From the NCBI GenBank assembly GCA_964016885.1, contig OZ024745.1, positions 127,534,001-127,598,000 on the forward strand: 64,000 nucleotides of DNA. The letters are read 5' to 3'. This document shows, one piece after another, positions 13,309 through 27,293 of the stretch (positions within the stretch are counted from its first letter, which is position 1; the number at the start of each line of letters is the position of its first letter). This DNA is from Eledone cirrhosa (lineage: Eukaryota). The position numbers and the translations under genes were made by a program. Below the pieces are notes generated by a model that worked only from the letters and a program-made list of their open reading frames with translations, did no database searches and had not been told where the DNA came from.

Positions 13309-13334
13309 TATATATATATAATTATATATATATA

Positions 13335-13391
<57 letters not shown>

Positions 13392-13599
13392 TATACATAA
13401 TACATATACATATTCATACGTATTCATATCCATATACATACATATATGCATACATATATGTACACACACACACACATAAATATATATATATACGTACGTA
13501 CATGCATGCATGTTCATATGTATGTATGCATGTATATATTTGTGTATGTATGTATGCATGTTCATATGTATCTATGTATATATGTATGTATTTGTGTAT

Positions 13600-14865
13600 G
13601 GTTATTATCTCTTTCTCTTAATTTTGAGTATATTTTTGACCGGCCACCTACCTGGTGGCAAAGTTGTAAAAGAATAGAAATTGTCATCCCTTGAATCGCA
13701 ACAATGTTTTGCAAATTTTGAAGGTGCCAGCTATCGCAGCCATTTGTAGACTATGAATTAGGGAGCTGCGCTCTTTGTCCGCAAATCCAAGTTCAGTTAT
13801 ACATTGGTCCAAGCGGGTTGGTATATAACCCGTAGCTCCAATAATTGTTCCTACTTTTGGCACAAGGCCAGCAATTACCCAGTGCATTACTGGTACTTTA
13901 TTTTATCGACCCCGTAAGGATGAAAGACAAAGTTAACCTCGGCGGGATTTGAACTCAGAATGGCAAGGGCCGTAATTATGCGTCAAAGCATGGCGTCCGA
14001 CCCTCTACGAATACTGCCAATCTACCACCTAGCTACAATAATGATGGGTATGAAGCTAAAGGTGTATCTTGGATACTGGATTTGTAAATTCCTCATCAAT
14101 GGTCTGTAGATGTCCTCCTTCTCCTGTATTTTTCTGACAACGTTTACATCAAGTGGGCAGCTGATCTCCACAACAGAACACGTTTTCAATGTGTGGTCCC
14201 AAACAACAATATCAGGCCGGTTGTGCTTTAATTTGGTGGCAATTTTTATTTTCAGGTTCCACCAGTATTCCTTAGTGCCATCTGTCTCAATATATTGTTC
14301 CTCGTTTGTTGTTAATTTTGTTTTCCGAAGTGCGTTCCAGATGGTTCTAGCTATCCCATCGTGTCTCATGGGGAGGTAGTAGCGAGATGATATTCTTTCG
14401 TAGCTGGCAACAATGTGGCTTACATCCTCGATCTTTGTTTTACATAGCCTACATTTATTGTCAGCTGATGGCCCTCCTCTTTTGTGCAGCAGATATTTGG
14501 TATGGAGTTCTTGTTCCTGTATTGCGTAGAGGTATCCCTCAAGGTGTGATGTCATAAACTTGTCGGAACTCCATACCAGGCTTTTTGAGTGGTTTATCCC
14601 CTCTATGGTCTGTATTTTACGTCTCAAGTATCCATGCACAATTTTTTCTGTAAATTGGTCAATTTTTTCATCTTGTTTGAACATTGAATAGGATCTTCCG
14701 ATTTCTCTGGGTGAGAGACTTATATCAGGCTTTATTCCATATCTCTCCTCCAGATCAGTGGCTATTCTAATAATATTTTTTTCTTCATGCTCATAAACCT
14801 GGGAAAGATGGTTGCCAACCTTTTTCCTCTGTTGAAGATGTTGCTTCAGTGAGAAGTATAACCTC
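13600..14865 (-). mobile_element. 5'-truncated R4/Dong-like RLE non-LTR retrotransposon, interrupted by SINE A
   Basis: EGYLYAIQEQEL, CRLC..EDVSHI (zinc knuckle), RHD, HNRPDIVVWD..VVEISCP..EK, PIII; resumes after the SINE as IIGATGY..LQMAAIAGTFKICKTLLRFKG*. Confidence 0.9.
13846..14029 (-). mobile_element. SINE A inserted in the RLE coding region
   Basis: 13-bp TSD tagctccaataat (13833-13845) / tagctacaataat (14030-14042). Confidence 0.9.
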
Positions 14866-14945
14866 TGTATGTATGCATGTTCATATGAGAAGTATAACCT
14901 CTGTATGTATGCATGTTCATATGTATGTATCTATATATGAATGTA

Positions 14946-15330
14946 TGACAAAGGGCGGAAGAAGAGTCAACGGCCATCCAAAAGTGTGTAAATATGTATA
15001 TACACATGTACCACGCGGTTAAACCACTGGGAGTGAAGGACCCTAGCCTTTGTCAGGGTATTCTTCTAGGAGAAGGCAACTCAGGAAACTGGGATAACTC
15101 CGATATAAAACCTGCGGCTCAGTAGTTACCGATGATGTTGATCTTTTCTTCTTTTCGGGCCATAGCTACTGTCGCTCAGAGAGTGGGATTGGCTCAGTGC
15201 ACAGTCTTTCCTCACTTTAAAAAAATATCTTCACGCAATGGCATTGCATGATAGAATTAGTTAATAATGATTAATAATGGTATATCGTGCAATGGCCATA
15301 CTCGATAACGAGGGGGCAGCCATCATCATC
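14946..15330 (+). mobile_element. SINE-like element with RTE-type 3' tail (5' head not evident)
   Basis: ctaggagaaggcaactc..aaacctgcgg body; tail ggccatactcgataacgagggggcagccatcatcatc matches the adjacent RTE tail. Confidence 0.55.
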
Positions 15331-15360
15331 TATGTATGTATGTATGTATGCATGTATATA

Positions 15361-15566
15361 TCTGGAGATCTCTCTGCACTTGTCATCACATGGTACCATG
15401 GGCCCAGGACTATGTGTCAATAATTGTCACAAGTGTAGTGTTTGTACCAGAGTTTTCAAGTCGCTGGCTGGACTAAAAAGTCACACTCGTTCAGCGCATC
15501 GGTAGGGGTTCTCCTACATGGATATAAAGTAGTGGCCGTACTCGAAAACGTTTTGGCAGCCACCAT
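15361..15566 (+). mobile_element. 3' end of RTE-clade LINE (C-terminal C2H2 finger plus 3' UTR)
   Basis: [25 protein letters not shown] then gtggccgtactcgaaaacg..ggcagccaccat; other copies at 17837-18010(-) and 43391-43520(-). Confidence 0.75.
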
Positions 15567-16320
15567 ATATTTGTGTATGTATGTATATGTATGCATGTTC
15601 ATATGTATGTATGCGAGTTTTCTTCGAGAATTATTAAAATTCTTTGCAGAATTGAGGCCGATCTCACAGGTAATTTACCCCCACCCCCTACCACGTGCCG
15701 ACACATTCATACATATACACACACAACACACACAGACCTATTAATGTTTAAAGGATATATTAATAAATACACACGCTCTATATTTTGTTGTTGTATCGAC
15801 TGTTGTCATCCATAGAGCTGTTTTGTTGTTGAAGTGTTTGGTTATATAGTAACTCTGACCGAGCAGGCCTATGATCAAAGCACTTGAACATTTTTTTACA
15901 AATACATTTTTCAATGTACTTGTATGTACTTGAATGAAATGTAACTGTGCTTGAATGAAATGTAACTGTGCTCCACCAAACCTTCCGTTAAGGTAAATCT
16001 CAAATCAATTCGTATTGAAACCATTTTACTAGTTCAACTTAGCTTCTTTTAGGAGAATCAAAACAGAAAGTGCTTTGCAAGATCTGTATTTTCTTTGTTT
16101 AAAGAAAAAATAAACATAAAGAAGATATAAGGAGAAATATCTTCGGCGCGTTTTATCTAACGGCTATGGATATATGGTTTCTAAGAAAGAGACACAAAAC
16201 CACAATTACATAGTGGCTACAGGAAGAGGAAAGGGAACAGTATATGTAGATAAATTCAGTATTTGACTGGAGGATTTGAACTCACTATGTCAATGGACGT
16301 AATCTTATACCTCGAATAAT

Positions 16321-16500
16321 TGTTTCTACTTTAGGAACAAGGCCAGCAATTACTCAGTGCATTACTGGTACTTTATTTTATCGACCCCGTAAGGATGAAA
16401 GGCAAAGTCAACCTCGGGATTTGAACTCAGGTCGTACAGGGACGTAACTATGCTGGAAAGCATGGCATCCGACCCTCTACCGATACTGCCAATCCACTGC
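16321..16500 (-). mobile_element. SINE A with TSD, nested in an older SINE
   Basis: TSD cttatacctcgaataat (16304-16320) / cttatacctcaaataat (16502-16518). Confidence 0.9.
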
Positions 16501-17494
16501 CCTTATACCTCAAATAATGCTTTGTCTTTCGCTCTAAAAGTTTTGCCATTAAGTTCACACGCTCCGCATATTATAAAAGGAAAAAGAAAATTCCATATTT
16601 TCTGAAATAGTAGCCTTAGGCAACCACTTGCAAACTTTCAAGATATTTGCTTGTATCTATACTACAAAGACGACAGGAAACACGCTGATAGCAGATATAT
16701 AAAGCAACGGTAGTTATTGTTGTACGTGTTCTTATATATTTCAAATATAAACATCCAACGACCTTTTTGGTCTAACTGTGTCTCTCATCCACTTAATTTC
16801 CCTCAAACCAGATTGAAACATTGGTTTTTTTAGGAACGTTTACTAGCCAAAGTATTATTCTTTTCAAAATCATACATCTGCTTGAAGACAGCTTAACTGT
16901 CTGGAATCATGAATAACGAAACAGTCAACTGAGAATAAAATTCGGTTGATAACCGTTGAGGAGATGTATAATCAATGAAGGTTTCATTAACTGGCAGTTA
17001 CAGAGTTAAGCTCAAACACTTTTCTTTGTCAAGAATAAGCAATGGCGAACTACAACTCTTCTTGTCATTTTGGCTAAGATCAATGCATACTTAGTATTTG
17101 TACTTATAACTTTAATATCTGATCTGTTTCTGATATGGAAACACTGAGAAACTCTGAAAAACTTTGATGTTAAACTGAAGCTTGAACATCGGCGAAGATG
17201 CTGTGGTATGGCATATGGGCTGATCTTCTTTTTTTGTACATCAAAGACTTGGACAATTTTAAATATAGCCGTATTCAAACATGGTCGGAACTTACAATAG
17301 TGGCAACCAGCTAGAAAAGAAAAGATGTTAATATTTCTTCGGGGTTATTCTTCTGTTGATAGTTGATAGTAAACTTCGATTAGAAAGAAAAAAGGAATAT
17401 ATTAGATATAGTTATGTGATATAAATAATATAGAAACAAACGTCTACCAAGTAAGTAGCATACTTTGTATATAGAATTGGATAGACCTGTACCG

Positions 17495-17573
<79 letters not shown>

Positions 17574-17602
17574 AGTAGCTATATACTGTGTTGTTTACTT
17601 TC

Positions 17603-17643
<41 letters not shown>

Positions 17644-17665
17644 CAACATGACCCTCCAAAAGTAT

Positions 17666-17706
<41 letters not shown>

Positions 17707-17836
17707 AATATATACATATATATATATATATATGTGTATATATATATATGTTACATATATGGTACATACATATATACATATATACATACATACATATATA
17801 TGATACATACATACATGCATACATATACATACATAC

Positions 17837-18010
17837 ATGGTGGCTGCCAACTTGTTTTCGAGTACGGCCACTACTTTATATCCATGTAGGAGAACCCCTA
17901 CCGATGCGCTGAACGAGTGTGACTCTTTAGTCCAGCCAGAGACTTGAAAACTCTGGTACAAACACTACACTTGTGACAATTATTGACACATAGTGCTGGG
18001 CCCATGGTAC
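17837..18010 (-). mobile_element. RTE LINE 3' end copy in (ATAC)n
   Basis: Near identical to 15395-15566. Confidence 0.8.
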
Positions 18011-18047
18011 ATACATACATACATACATACATACATACATACATACA

Positions 18048-18079
<32 letters not shown>

Positions 18080-18399
18080 GACACACATATATTCATATAT
18101 CTACACATACATGCATGAACTTATTGGTATTTAGAGTAAGTATTACTATGAGATTTTATATGTGAATATATATTGTTGGTTATTATCCTACATAAGAAAG
18201 AAAACAACATTGAATTATCAGTTTGAGATTCTTCCTTGAACCAAATACCCATTAACGGATGGTGATATGATAAATTCAATTGAAGTTTGATAATAGGTGT
18301 TATGATGTTCATACGTATACGAAAGTAAGTTCAAATAGAAGACTAAATACACGGTCCACCAGCAAGTTGTTATTTTCTATGGCACTCACACTATGCTAT

Positions 18400-18486
18400 A
18401 TAATGGCGTAGACATTGTAATATAACGGGAGGAAACATAATAGTACCACTAATGATGTCACAGATGTGTGATGAAAGAACTTCGAT

Positions 18487-18492
<6 letters not shown>
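18400..18492 (+). mobile_element. Penelope-like pLTR fragment with degenerate hammerhead motif (family H2)
   Basis: acca CTAATGA t gtcaca gatg tgtgat GAAA gaacttcgatag; homologous to 36255-36345. Confidence 0.6.
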
Positions 18493-18559
<67 letters not shown>

Positions 18560-19292
18560 ATCTTATGGTAGCTAAGATGCTTCCATAGGCGGTATGTCGG
18601 TTGAGCACTCTAAATATCTTTAATATCATAAACATTTTTATCTATCCCAGTTTTTCCATATATTTTTTTATTGCTTTAATTTTTTACTTCTTTATTTATC
18701 ACATTCATATAAATTAATATAATTCTATCCCTGTAAGTATACCTATCAATTAATTTAATTTCCTGTTATGTATCCAGATTCCTTGTAGTTTAAATAAGAT
18801 TGGTATTTCTCACTAATACCCTTATCACCCAAATTTTTTATTCCTTCGTTTTTAACAACATTCTTTAATAACATCAAATTTTCATGTACATTTCACTATC
18901 TTCTTGATTTGACCTCTGTCTCCTCCCCATATTATTATTTTCATTCAAAGCATAAATATGCACTCTTCCACTCCTAGATTTAATTTCTACTACTGTTATT
19001 CTATCAACTTGACCTCTAACTTATTTCTATTGGTCAATTCAAAACCTGTTCCCAAACAGACTCTTTATATTAATTCTTGTTTTTTTTTCAATAAACACAT
19101 CTCATCATTCCTGAGGACGGCATGTATAAGTGAGGGTGTGTATATTTCCTCTGATAATTTGTAATACTTTTACATAGATCTTAAACATGATATACATACC
19201 AACACACATATACATCCCAGAAACGATCGTAAAATGATGAATTTTTTAATATAAGGAACTTGTTCTTTGTTTTTATTTCATTGTTTTTATTA

Positions 19293-19384
<92 letters not shown>

Positions 19385-19535
19385 TTTTAACCATTGGTTA
19401 TGATAAACATTGGTTATGATAAACATTGATTGCCAGATGGATTAACTATGGAGATATAAAAGATACAGAAGCGAAAACCAATCCAAACCAAACAGTGAGT
19501 GTGTTTTATTATTATTTCTGGCAATATTATAACAG
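19385..19535 (+). mobile_element. Penelope-like pLTR distal segment
   Basis: Homologous to 36415-36550 (aacattgattgcca..gatataaaagata.agaagcgaaaaccaa). Confidence 0.65.
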
Positions 19536-19984
19536 CTAGCAGAAAAACCACCCTTCGGGTGGTTTTTTGCTACCATGTGTAGTGTTCATATTGATATTAT
19601 ACGCAAATATATATGCATGTTAATGTGTACATCTATATTTGTTTGTATATATCTTATTTTCTGGTAGATCTTCGTACATCATTCTATTACTTTATACATT
19701 TTTCTTTATTTACAAACCAAAAACGTCCATTTCCCATTTTTAGAAGATTATAGAGATTCCCGTAGGTAGTAATCTTTCGAAATAAGCATCTCTTCCCTAT
19801 TATATCGAGTTATTCTGAATCTAAGGAACAATCAACTAAATTGCCAACCAATAACAAGAAAAACGAAATCGCACGAGAAACAAAAATAACAACATATCAA
19901 ATGGTTTATAACACTTCAATCAATCCAATCGACAGTTTCCTGATCTTGAAATTCTAATTTCATAAGGTGTGACATTATCGTCGG

Positions 19985-20138
19985 TAAATTGGCAGTATCG
20001 GTAGAGGATTGGACGCCATGCTTTCTAGCATAGTTACAGTCTGAGTTCAAATCCCGTCGACGTTAACTTTGCCTTTCATCCTTACAGGGTCGATAAAATA
20101 AAGTACCAGTAATATACTGGGTAATTGCTGGCCTTGTT
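19985..20138 (+). mobile_element. SINE A
   Basis: ttggcagtatcggtagag..gagttcaaatccc..gtcgataaaataaagtaccag. Confidence 0.8.
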
Positions 20139-20139
20139 T

Positions 20140-20510
20140 GGTTAGTTTTCGCTTCTGTATGTTTTATATCAGTTAATTTATTCGGTCCTCAATGTTAACA
20201 TTGACTGACCAACGGTAAAAAATACAGATATAATATAGACACAAACACATATATATAGTCTAACAAAGTTCTTTCGTTGCACATCTGCAACATCGTCAGT
20301 GGTGCTATTATGTTTCCCCCTGTTGTATTGTATGTCTACGCCATCTTTATTTAATCTGTTTATTTATTTATTTATTTTGTCTTCTTCTCTGCGCATGCGT
20401 TTGCGTGTGTGTATAGTGTTTGATGTGTGTTCGTGTTTGGGTGACTGTGTTTTGGTTATTGTATTCTATCTTAGTTTACAAGTGTGTGTTTATACGTGCT
20501 TGGTATGTAT

Positions 20511-20541
<31 letters not shown>

Positions 20542-20665
20542 TATTTCTCTTAGGTCAGTATTGTTTGTTTGGGTGTTGTTATTCCATTCATTTTTTTCTG
20601 TTTATCTTTGGCCTTCTAAGTTCTATTTCACTGGCCTCTCTGATTTGCCTATCTGCTGGGTCATA
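20140..20665 (-). mobile_element. Penelope-like element 3' end (GIY-YIG C-terminus plus pLTR with hammerhead H2)
   Basis: Minus-strand DPADRQIREASEIELRRPKINRK; collinear with 35990-36510; CTGACGA t GTTGCA gatg TGCAAC GAAA at about 20272-20299. Confidence 0.75.
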
Positions 20666-21149
20666 TATATGAATGAAAATAGACCGAGAAACGGGACTTC
20701 CATCATCAGTGGTCTGCTGATTATCATTGGTATTTCTTCGCATTAAAGACCAGATGAGTCAAAATCAGTGCGAGCGATAACTAAAATAAAATATAACTAA
20801 ATAAAATATATATATACATACACATTCACATATATACACAAACACATATTAATATATAAATATATGATAATATTATTGCTACACATAACCTTTTTCAATT
20901 ATGTGTTTGCCTTGTGAATGTATATATGTACATGTCTGTATACTTTCTTGAGCCTATTGTATATATGTTAGCTTATACAGCTAGGTGCGTAGACCTACTT
21001 ATGTGCTTGCATGTGTTTATGACTTTATGTACTTTTATTGTTTTATTCAATTATACTTTTATTTATAGTAATATTAGTTGTTGTTGTTGTTGTCGAACGA
21101 GCCAAGGAAAAAAGGCCATTACTTGTTGGTTTTATTGTTAGAAATCCCC

Positions 21150-21520
21150 TTCTTCTTCTTCTTCTTCTTCTTCTTCTTCTTCTTCTTCTTCTTCTTCTTC
21201 TTCTTCTTCTTCTTCTTCTTCTTCTTCTTCTTCTTCTTCTTCTTCTTCTTCTTCTTCTTCTTCTTCTTCTTCTTCTTCTTCTTCTTCTTCTTCTTCTTCT
21301 TCTTCTTCTTCTTCTTCTTCTTCTTCTTGTGAGTGAAGTGGGCACATAGTCCTCAACAACGCATTCCAGCAGGTCCCATTAGAAGCAAATATCTCCAATT
21401 GATTTAAATGTATCTCTAAGCGAGACCATCTTGCTCGCAGTCTACCGCTGGATCTCTTGCCGGTTGGTTTTGCTCGTAATATCTGTCCAGTGATTCTTTC
21501 TGTAGACATTCTAGGGCTTT
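21150..21520 (-). mobile_element. RTE-like LINE 3' end with long (GAA)n tail
   Basis: RMSTERITGQILRAKPTGKRSSGRLRARW followed by (GAA)n. Confidence 0.7.
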
Positions 21521-22076
21521 TGGAGTACAGTTACCCGATACGCGAGGGGCACGGAGATCAGTAAATCACTCAAGATAGAACCGCTACTACTCCGATACTA
21601 CACCATGTTATTTGACGTATTTTCTTTGGAAATTCTAACAAAATACCGTTAATATGACCAGGTAGTTTGTATATACAAAAGACTAGACTGTAATGTTCTG
21701 GCGTTAATGGGAAGTTTTTCTATTTAATAATCTATTTTTGTCGTTGATCTTTTCAAAATGACGTAGTTTTGGCGCCAAAATGGAGGAAGGGGAAAAGAGT
21801 TGTCACAAATCTTCTTTCTCTTTGTTTTTCAATAGTAACACTGGCAGCTGCTGTTGCCACTGTCATGATCACCAATGTAACAACAACAATATCTAACGCT
21901 ATGCTACCACTACTAACTACAGCAACAACATTAGCAACAGAAACGAAAGTTAAACCATAATAGCTAGATAATCCTGTTAAAGATCAGTCGGAACGGTATC
22001 ACCATTGGAAACAACAAAAATATAAACGTCAAAAAAAACAGCACTGATGTTCACGCCACGAACAACAACAGCATCG

Positions 22077-22258
22077 TGGATTGGCAGCATCGGTAGAGGG
22101 TCGGACGCCATGCTTTGCACCATAGAGTTACGGCCCTTTATGATCTGAGTTCAAATCCCGCCGAGGTTAACTTTGCCTTTCATCCTTACGGGGTCGATAA
22201 AATAAAGTACTACCAGTCACGCACTGGGGTCGATTTAATCGACTTCCCTTCCCCCAAA
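22077..22258 (+). mobile_element. SINE A (long variant)
   Basis: Head, B box, core and GATTTAATCGAC segment. Confidence 0.85.
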
Positions 22259-22459
22259 GTTCGGTTTTTGGTGGACCAGTATGGGTGCAATCTGCCCAAT
22301 TTAAAGCAGCATCACGTTACATAACAGTTTGGCGGAAGCGATGGAGGGAACGGATCGGGGACGATAGTGAACAGTAGTTCCCACCCCGGCGGTCTGCCCC
22401 GTCTCTCAACTGAAAAAGAAGTGTTACGAAAAGCCAATAGTAGTAGCTGAAATGTGGAT

Positions 22460-22995
22460 GGCTCTAATTGGTTGTACGAGGCACAAGTCACTCAGTTTTG
22501 ATGGTCTACTCTACGAGCTTTATGCAGTCATGCCAAACTTTTTTTGTCAATGTTCTAACAGCAGTCTACTACAGCTGGCAGCAGAACATGAGAATTTTCA
22601 GTACTATTAACCAGGGAGTGGTGACACTGGTGTGGAATGACTCGAACTAGCGGAAAATATTTGCTATTTGTGACCCATAACTCTGCTAAACACAGAACGT
22701 AAGAGTTTTGCGAAGATGTTCTCAAGGGTGATGGTAATTATTGTAGACGTACATAATTCTGACCGGCCCTATCCACGTCAAACTCCATTCCATGCGAGAC
22801 ATAGAGGATGTAGGGGGTAAACTTGGCCTCGGTGAGGCTGTGAGCAATTTGGATCAATCGAAAGCTTTCGACCATCAATCGAAAGCTATCGACCATCGAT
22901 ACATGGAAGCTTTAATCAGACCGAGTCGGTTTTAGTTCCGTCTTCAGAAATGGATCGCTACTGCAATGAATGGCCGCATCTGCTCGGTGGCCCAA
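22460..22995 (+). pseudogene. Decayed L1/Tx1-clade reverse transcriptase fragment
   Basis: KSLSFDGLLYELY, YYSWQQN..I..QGVVTLV, PITLLNTE.K.FAK, NLDQSKAFD motifs with frameshifts. Confidence 0.85.
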
Positions 22996-23249
22996 GTCTA
23001 CACAGGATGTGGAATCTGTACTCGGCACACAACGAAATGGAACAGAAACCGCCAATCATCTCGTCTGACGTTCTAACAATCCAGCCTATCCACCACCTTC
23101 AGACAGGAACTATATTTATCGATTCCCAAAAAAGGATGAAGGGCAAAGCTGACCTCAGTGGGATTTGAACTCAGAGCACAAAGCGCGGGAATAAATCCTG
23201 CAAAGTATTTAATCCAACGCTCTTAAAACTTTACTAATTTACAGCTTTC

Positions 23250-23485
<236 letters not shown>

Positions 23486-23712
23486 ACTTAGATATTCTTT
23501 TTTTTGTCTAGAAATTTGGTATATAATTTGATCTCATAGCTTTACAGTGCAACAGAGAAAAATATTGTAAGATGCCATGAAAATTGACTGGAAGAGAAAA
23601 AAAAAGCATTTATAAAATACACGAAGATAGAATTAAACATTATTAAAAAAAGAAAAAAAACCCTGCAAAACAAAAACATACGAAGATATGAAGAATCTTT
23701 TCTTGCAGTAAC

Positions 23713-23768
<56 letters not shown>

Positions 23769-23852
23769 CATATATATATAAATATATATATATATTTATT
23801 CATTTATGTACATATATATGTACACACAGACATATATATAGATACATACATG

Positions 23853-23918
<66 letters not shown>

Positions 23919-24374
23919 TGTATTTCCTTATAAAAAATAGCCATATAGTAAATTGTAAAATGAAAATATAAAAATCGAAAGAATGTAAACAATTATTATG
24001 CGGAAGTGTCACTTTAGTCATTTCAGAATATATAAAAATATTGTATTCACCGTTGATTAATTTTTTAATAATACTGTCTTTTATGAAGTAAGGCGGCAAA
24101 TTGGCAGACATTTTGGAACGTTGGAGATATACTTCATCGTCTTAATTCCGTCTCTCAGCGCTCTGTGTTCAAATTCCGCTTAGTTCAACATTGCATTTCC
24201 TCATTTTGAGGTCGATAAATAAAGTACCAGTACTGGGATCAATTATTTTTCTAGATCTCTTTCTCATTTCCTCTTTCTCAGGCATTATCCTTCCCAGGAT
24301 AAAAATCGGCTGTGTTGTTCAGACCTGCAGAATCCAAACATCAGAATATACTTTCTCTTAGAAATTCTCCCTCA

Positions 24375-24717
24375 GATGGTGGATGGGTGCTACACGAGAA
24401 TGCTGAGGATGGCTCTGAACATTAATCAGTATACACTGAGGATGAAGAACTCAGAGCCTCCCAAACGTCAGCTCGAAAGTAACACAGAGGAGACTGAGCC
24501 TAGCTGAAGATGCTCACCGATATTCAGAGTTGACACTGCTCCCAGTGCTCCTGTGGGAGCCCCTGCATCGATACACTAGAAGGGGGAGACCTAGGTTGAC
24601 ATATGTTGATGCCCTATGGACAGACACATGTCTCTTGGAGACGTAGGGCATGGCAGCGATGATGAGGGACAGAGACCGCTGGAGAGAACTCTTCCTTGGA
24701 TCTCGGGAATTTTACCC

Positions 24718-24720
<3 letters not shown>
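24375..24720 (+). mobile_element. RTE/RTE-X-like LINE ORF2 C-terminal fragment
   Basis: VDGCYTRMLRMALNI..SKVTQRRLSLA..LLWEPLH..RRGRPRLTYVD..MRDRDRWRE. Confidence 0.8.
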
Positions 24721-24763
<43 letters not shown>

Positions 24764-24767
<4 letters not shown>

Positions 24768-24915
24768 AACAAGTAAGACGCCGACGGCTGAGCTCGAAAC
24801 GGCTTGAGCTCAGCCGTCGGGGTCTTACTTGTTCCTATTACCCACTCTACTACCGTAAGTATTGAGTACTTTGGTGCGTTATGGTCCACCTGGTTCCTTA
24901 CCACTTTTCCTTCGT

Positions 24916-24916
<1 letters not shown>
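24764..24916 (+). mobile_element. Fold-back element family F, centre deleted
   Basis: Same arms as the 13052 copy. Confidence 0.85.
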
Positions 24917-24976
<60 letters not shown>

Positions 24977-24984
24977 TTTAAAAA

Positions 24985-25275
24985 TTGGCACTCCGTTGGT
25001 TACGATGATGAGTGTTCCAGTTGATAAGATCAACGGGATATTCTGCTAGTAAAATTAACATGTTAGTGACTGAGCATTCCACCGACACGTGTACCCTTAA
25101 CTTAATTCTCAGGGAGATTCAGCGTGACAGAATGTGTCATAGATGGCCCTTCGAATTACATAGTTACATGCAGAATTCATTTTTGTCGTAAAGTGGGTTC
25201 ATCAAGGATATAATGCGTTGCCGAGAATCGAACTAACGACCTTGTGACCGTGAGCCAAATTCTGTAACCACTAAG
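24985..25275 (-). mobile_element. SINE family C; second copy about 61270-61445(-)
   Basis: ggcact.cgt.ggttacga.gatgagt..gatcaac..aattaac..gtg.ctgagcatt shared by both copies; B-box-like GTTCGATTC on the minus strand near 25230. Confidence 0.65.
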
Positions 25276-25677
25276 ACACTCATCTTCATTCTCTATGTTT
25301 AATATATACAGAATTTGTAGACCCTCAGATAAGATACCATAGGAGTATTTACATTCTGAGTTCATATTCTGCAGATGTCAACTATGCTTTTCATCCCTCC
25401 TGGGTCCATACAATAAAGTGCTGATCAAGTACTGAGGTTGATTTAATCAACTTTCTCCTTTCTGCAAATTTGTAGGACTTGTCAGATAAGGAGAAATCAA
25501 TATTGTCTATTAGAGATTGTTTCCATGTTTCGTTATTAATGTTTAAGCTTTGTTTAAAAGAATGTACGAAAATCGATGTTATTAACATTCCATTCAAAGG
25601 TTGAGGCCTTGACGATTTCCAAATGTTACTGGTACAATCTAAAAATAGAGGACTAATGTATATAACTGTTTCGACAG

Positions 25678-25713
<36 letters not shown>

Positions 25714-25780
25714 ACGCTATAGTTACTTATATATTATGGAATACTGTTGGCTTCTTGCTACAATAATTTCTATACTTTTC

Positions 25781-25854
<74 letters not shown>

Positions 25855-26321
25855 CACTATATAACCGCTTGTCTTCATGTTGTATTTTAACCTGTATTTT
25901 TGATTTTTGATTGTACCTCTTAATATAAAGTAATCTCGAAGTGTGTACTGCCACTCTAAATTCTGTAATGAATGTTGACCCACAATGTTTGAATATGTAT
26001 CAATGTTTGAATATGTATCGGTATGTCTCTCGGCTGAAAAGGAGGTCATATAACTGTCCATGCATTAATAAATTGCTCCGAAGAATCCAAACCTCGGTTT
26101 CGAGGAAACAGCTGTAAGCACAATAATGTTTTGAACAGTCCTTTGATTCTTATATTTCATATAACTGCTCTGTAAATCATCTGATGTTTTTACATTGAGC
26201 TACTTAACTTACTGGTAATAAGGTAGTAATACATTACTGCCTACCACTATTTAGGGTGTGTGTAAAATACTTAGAACTGCTTAAGGTTTTGTATTTACAT
26301 AACCATAAATGGTATAACTAA

Positions 26322-26982
<661 letters not shown>

Positions 26983-27161
26983 GCATGAGCGCATCTGTGT
27001 TTGAATGCATGACATATTGAGTAAGTAAGCTTTTAAATGAGGCAATGTGTGTGCAAATGAGAACATACACTCACCCTGACAGTCACACTCACATACATAT
27101 ACTCTCACATTCATTGTTATACATATTCACACGCACACACACTCTCTATCTCACTTACATT

Positions 27162-27293
<132 letters not shown>

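Noticed and set aside
15400-15505. Host C2H2 zinc-finger exon
   Set aside because: Three dispersed near-identical copies followed by a LINE-type tail identify it as an RTE ORF2 terminus.
17012-17278. 88-aa non-repetitive ORF
   Set aside because: No recognisable motif or splice signals; cannot be supported as coding.
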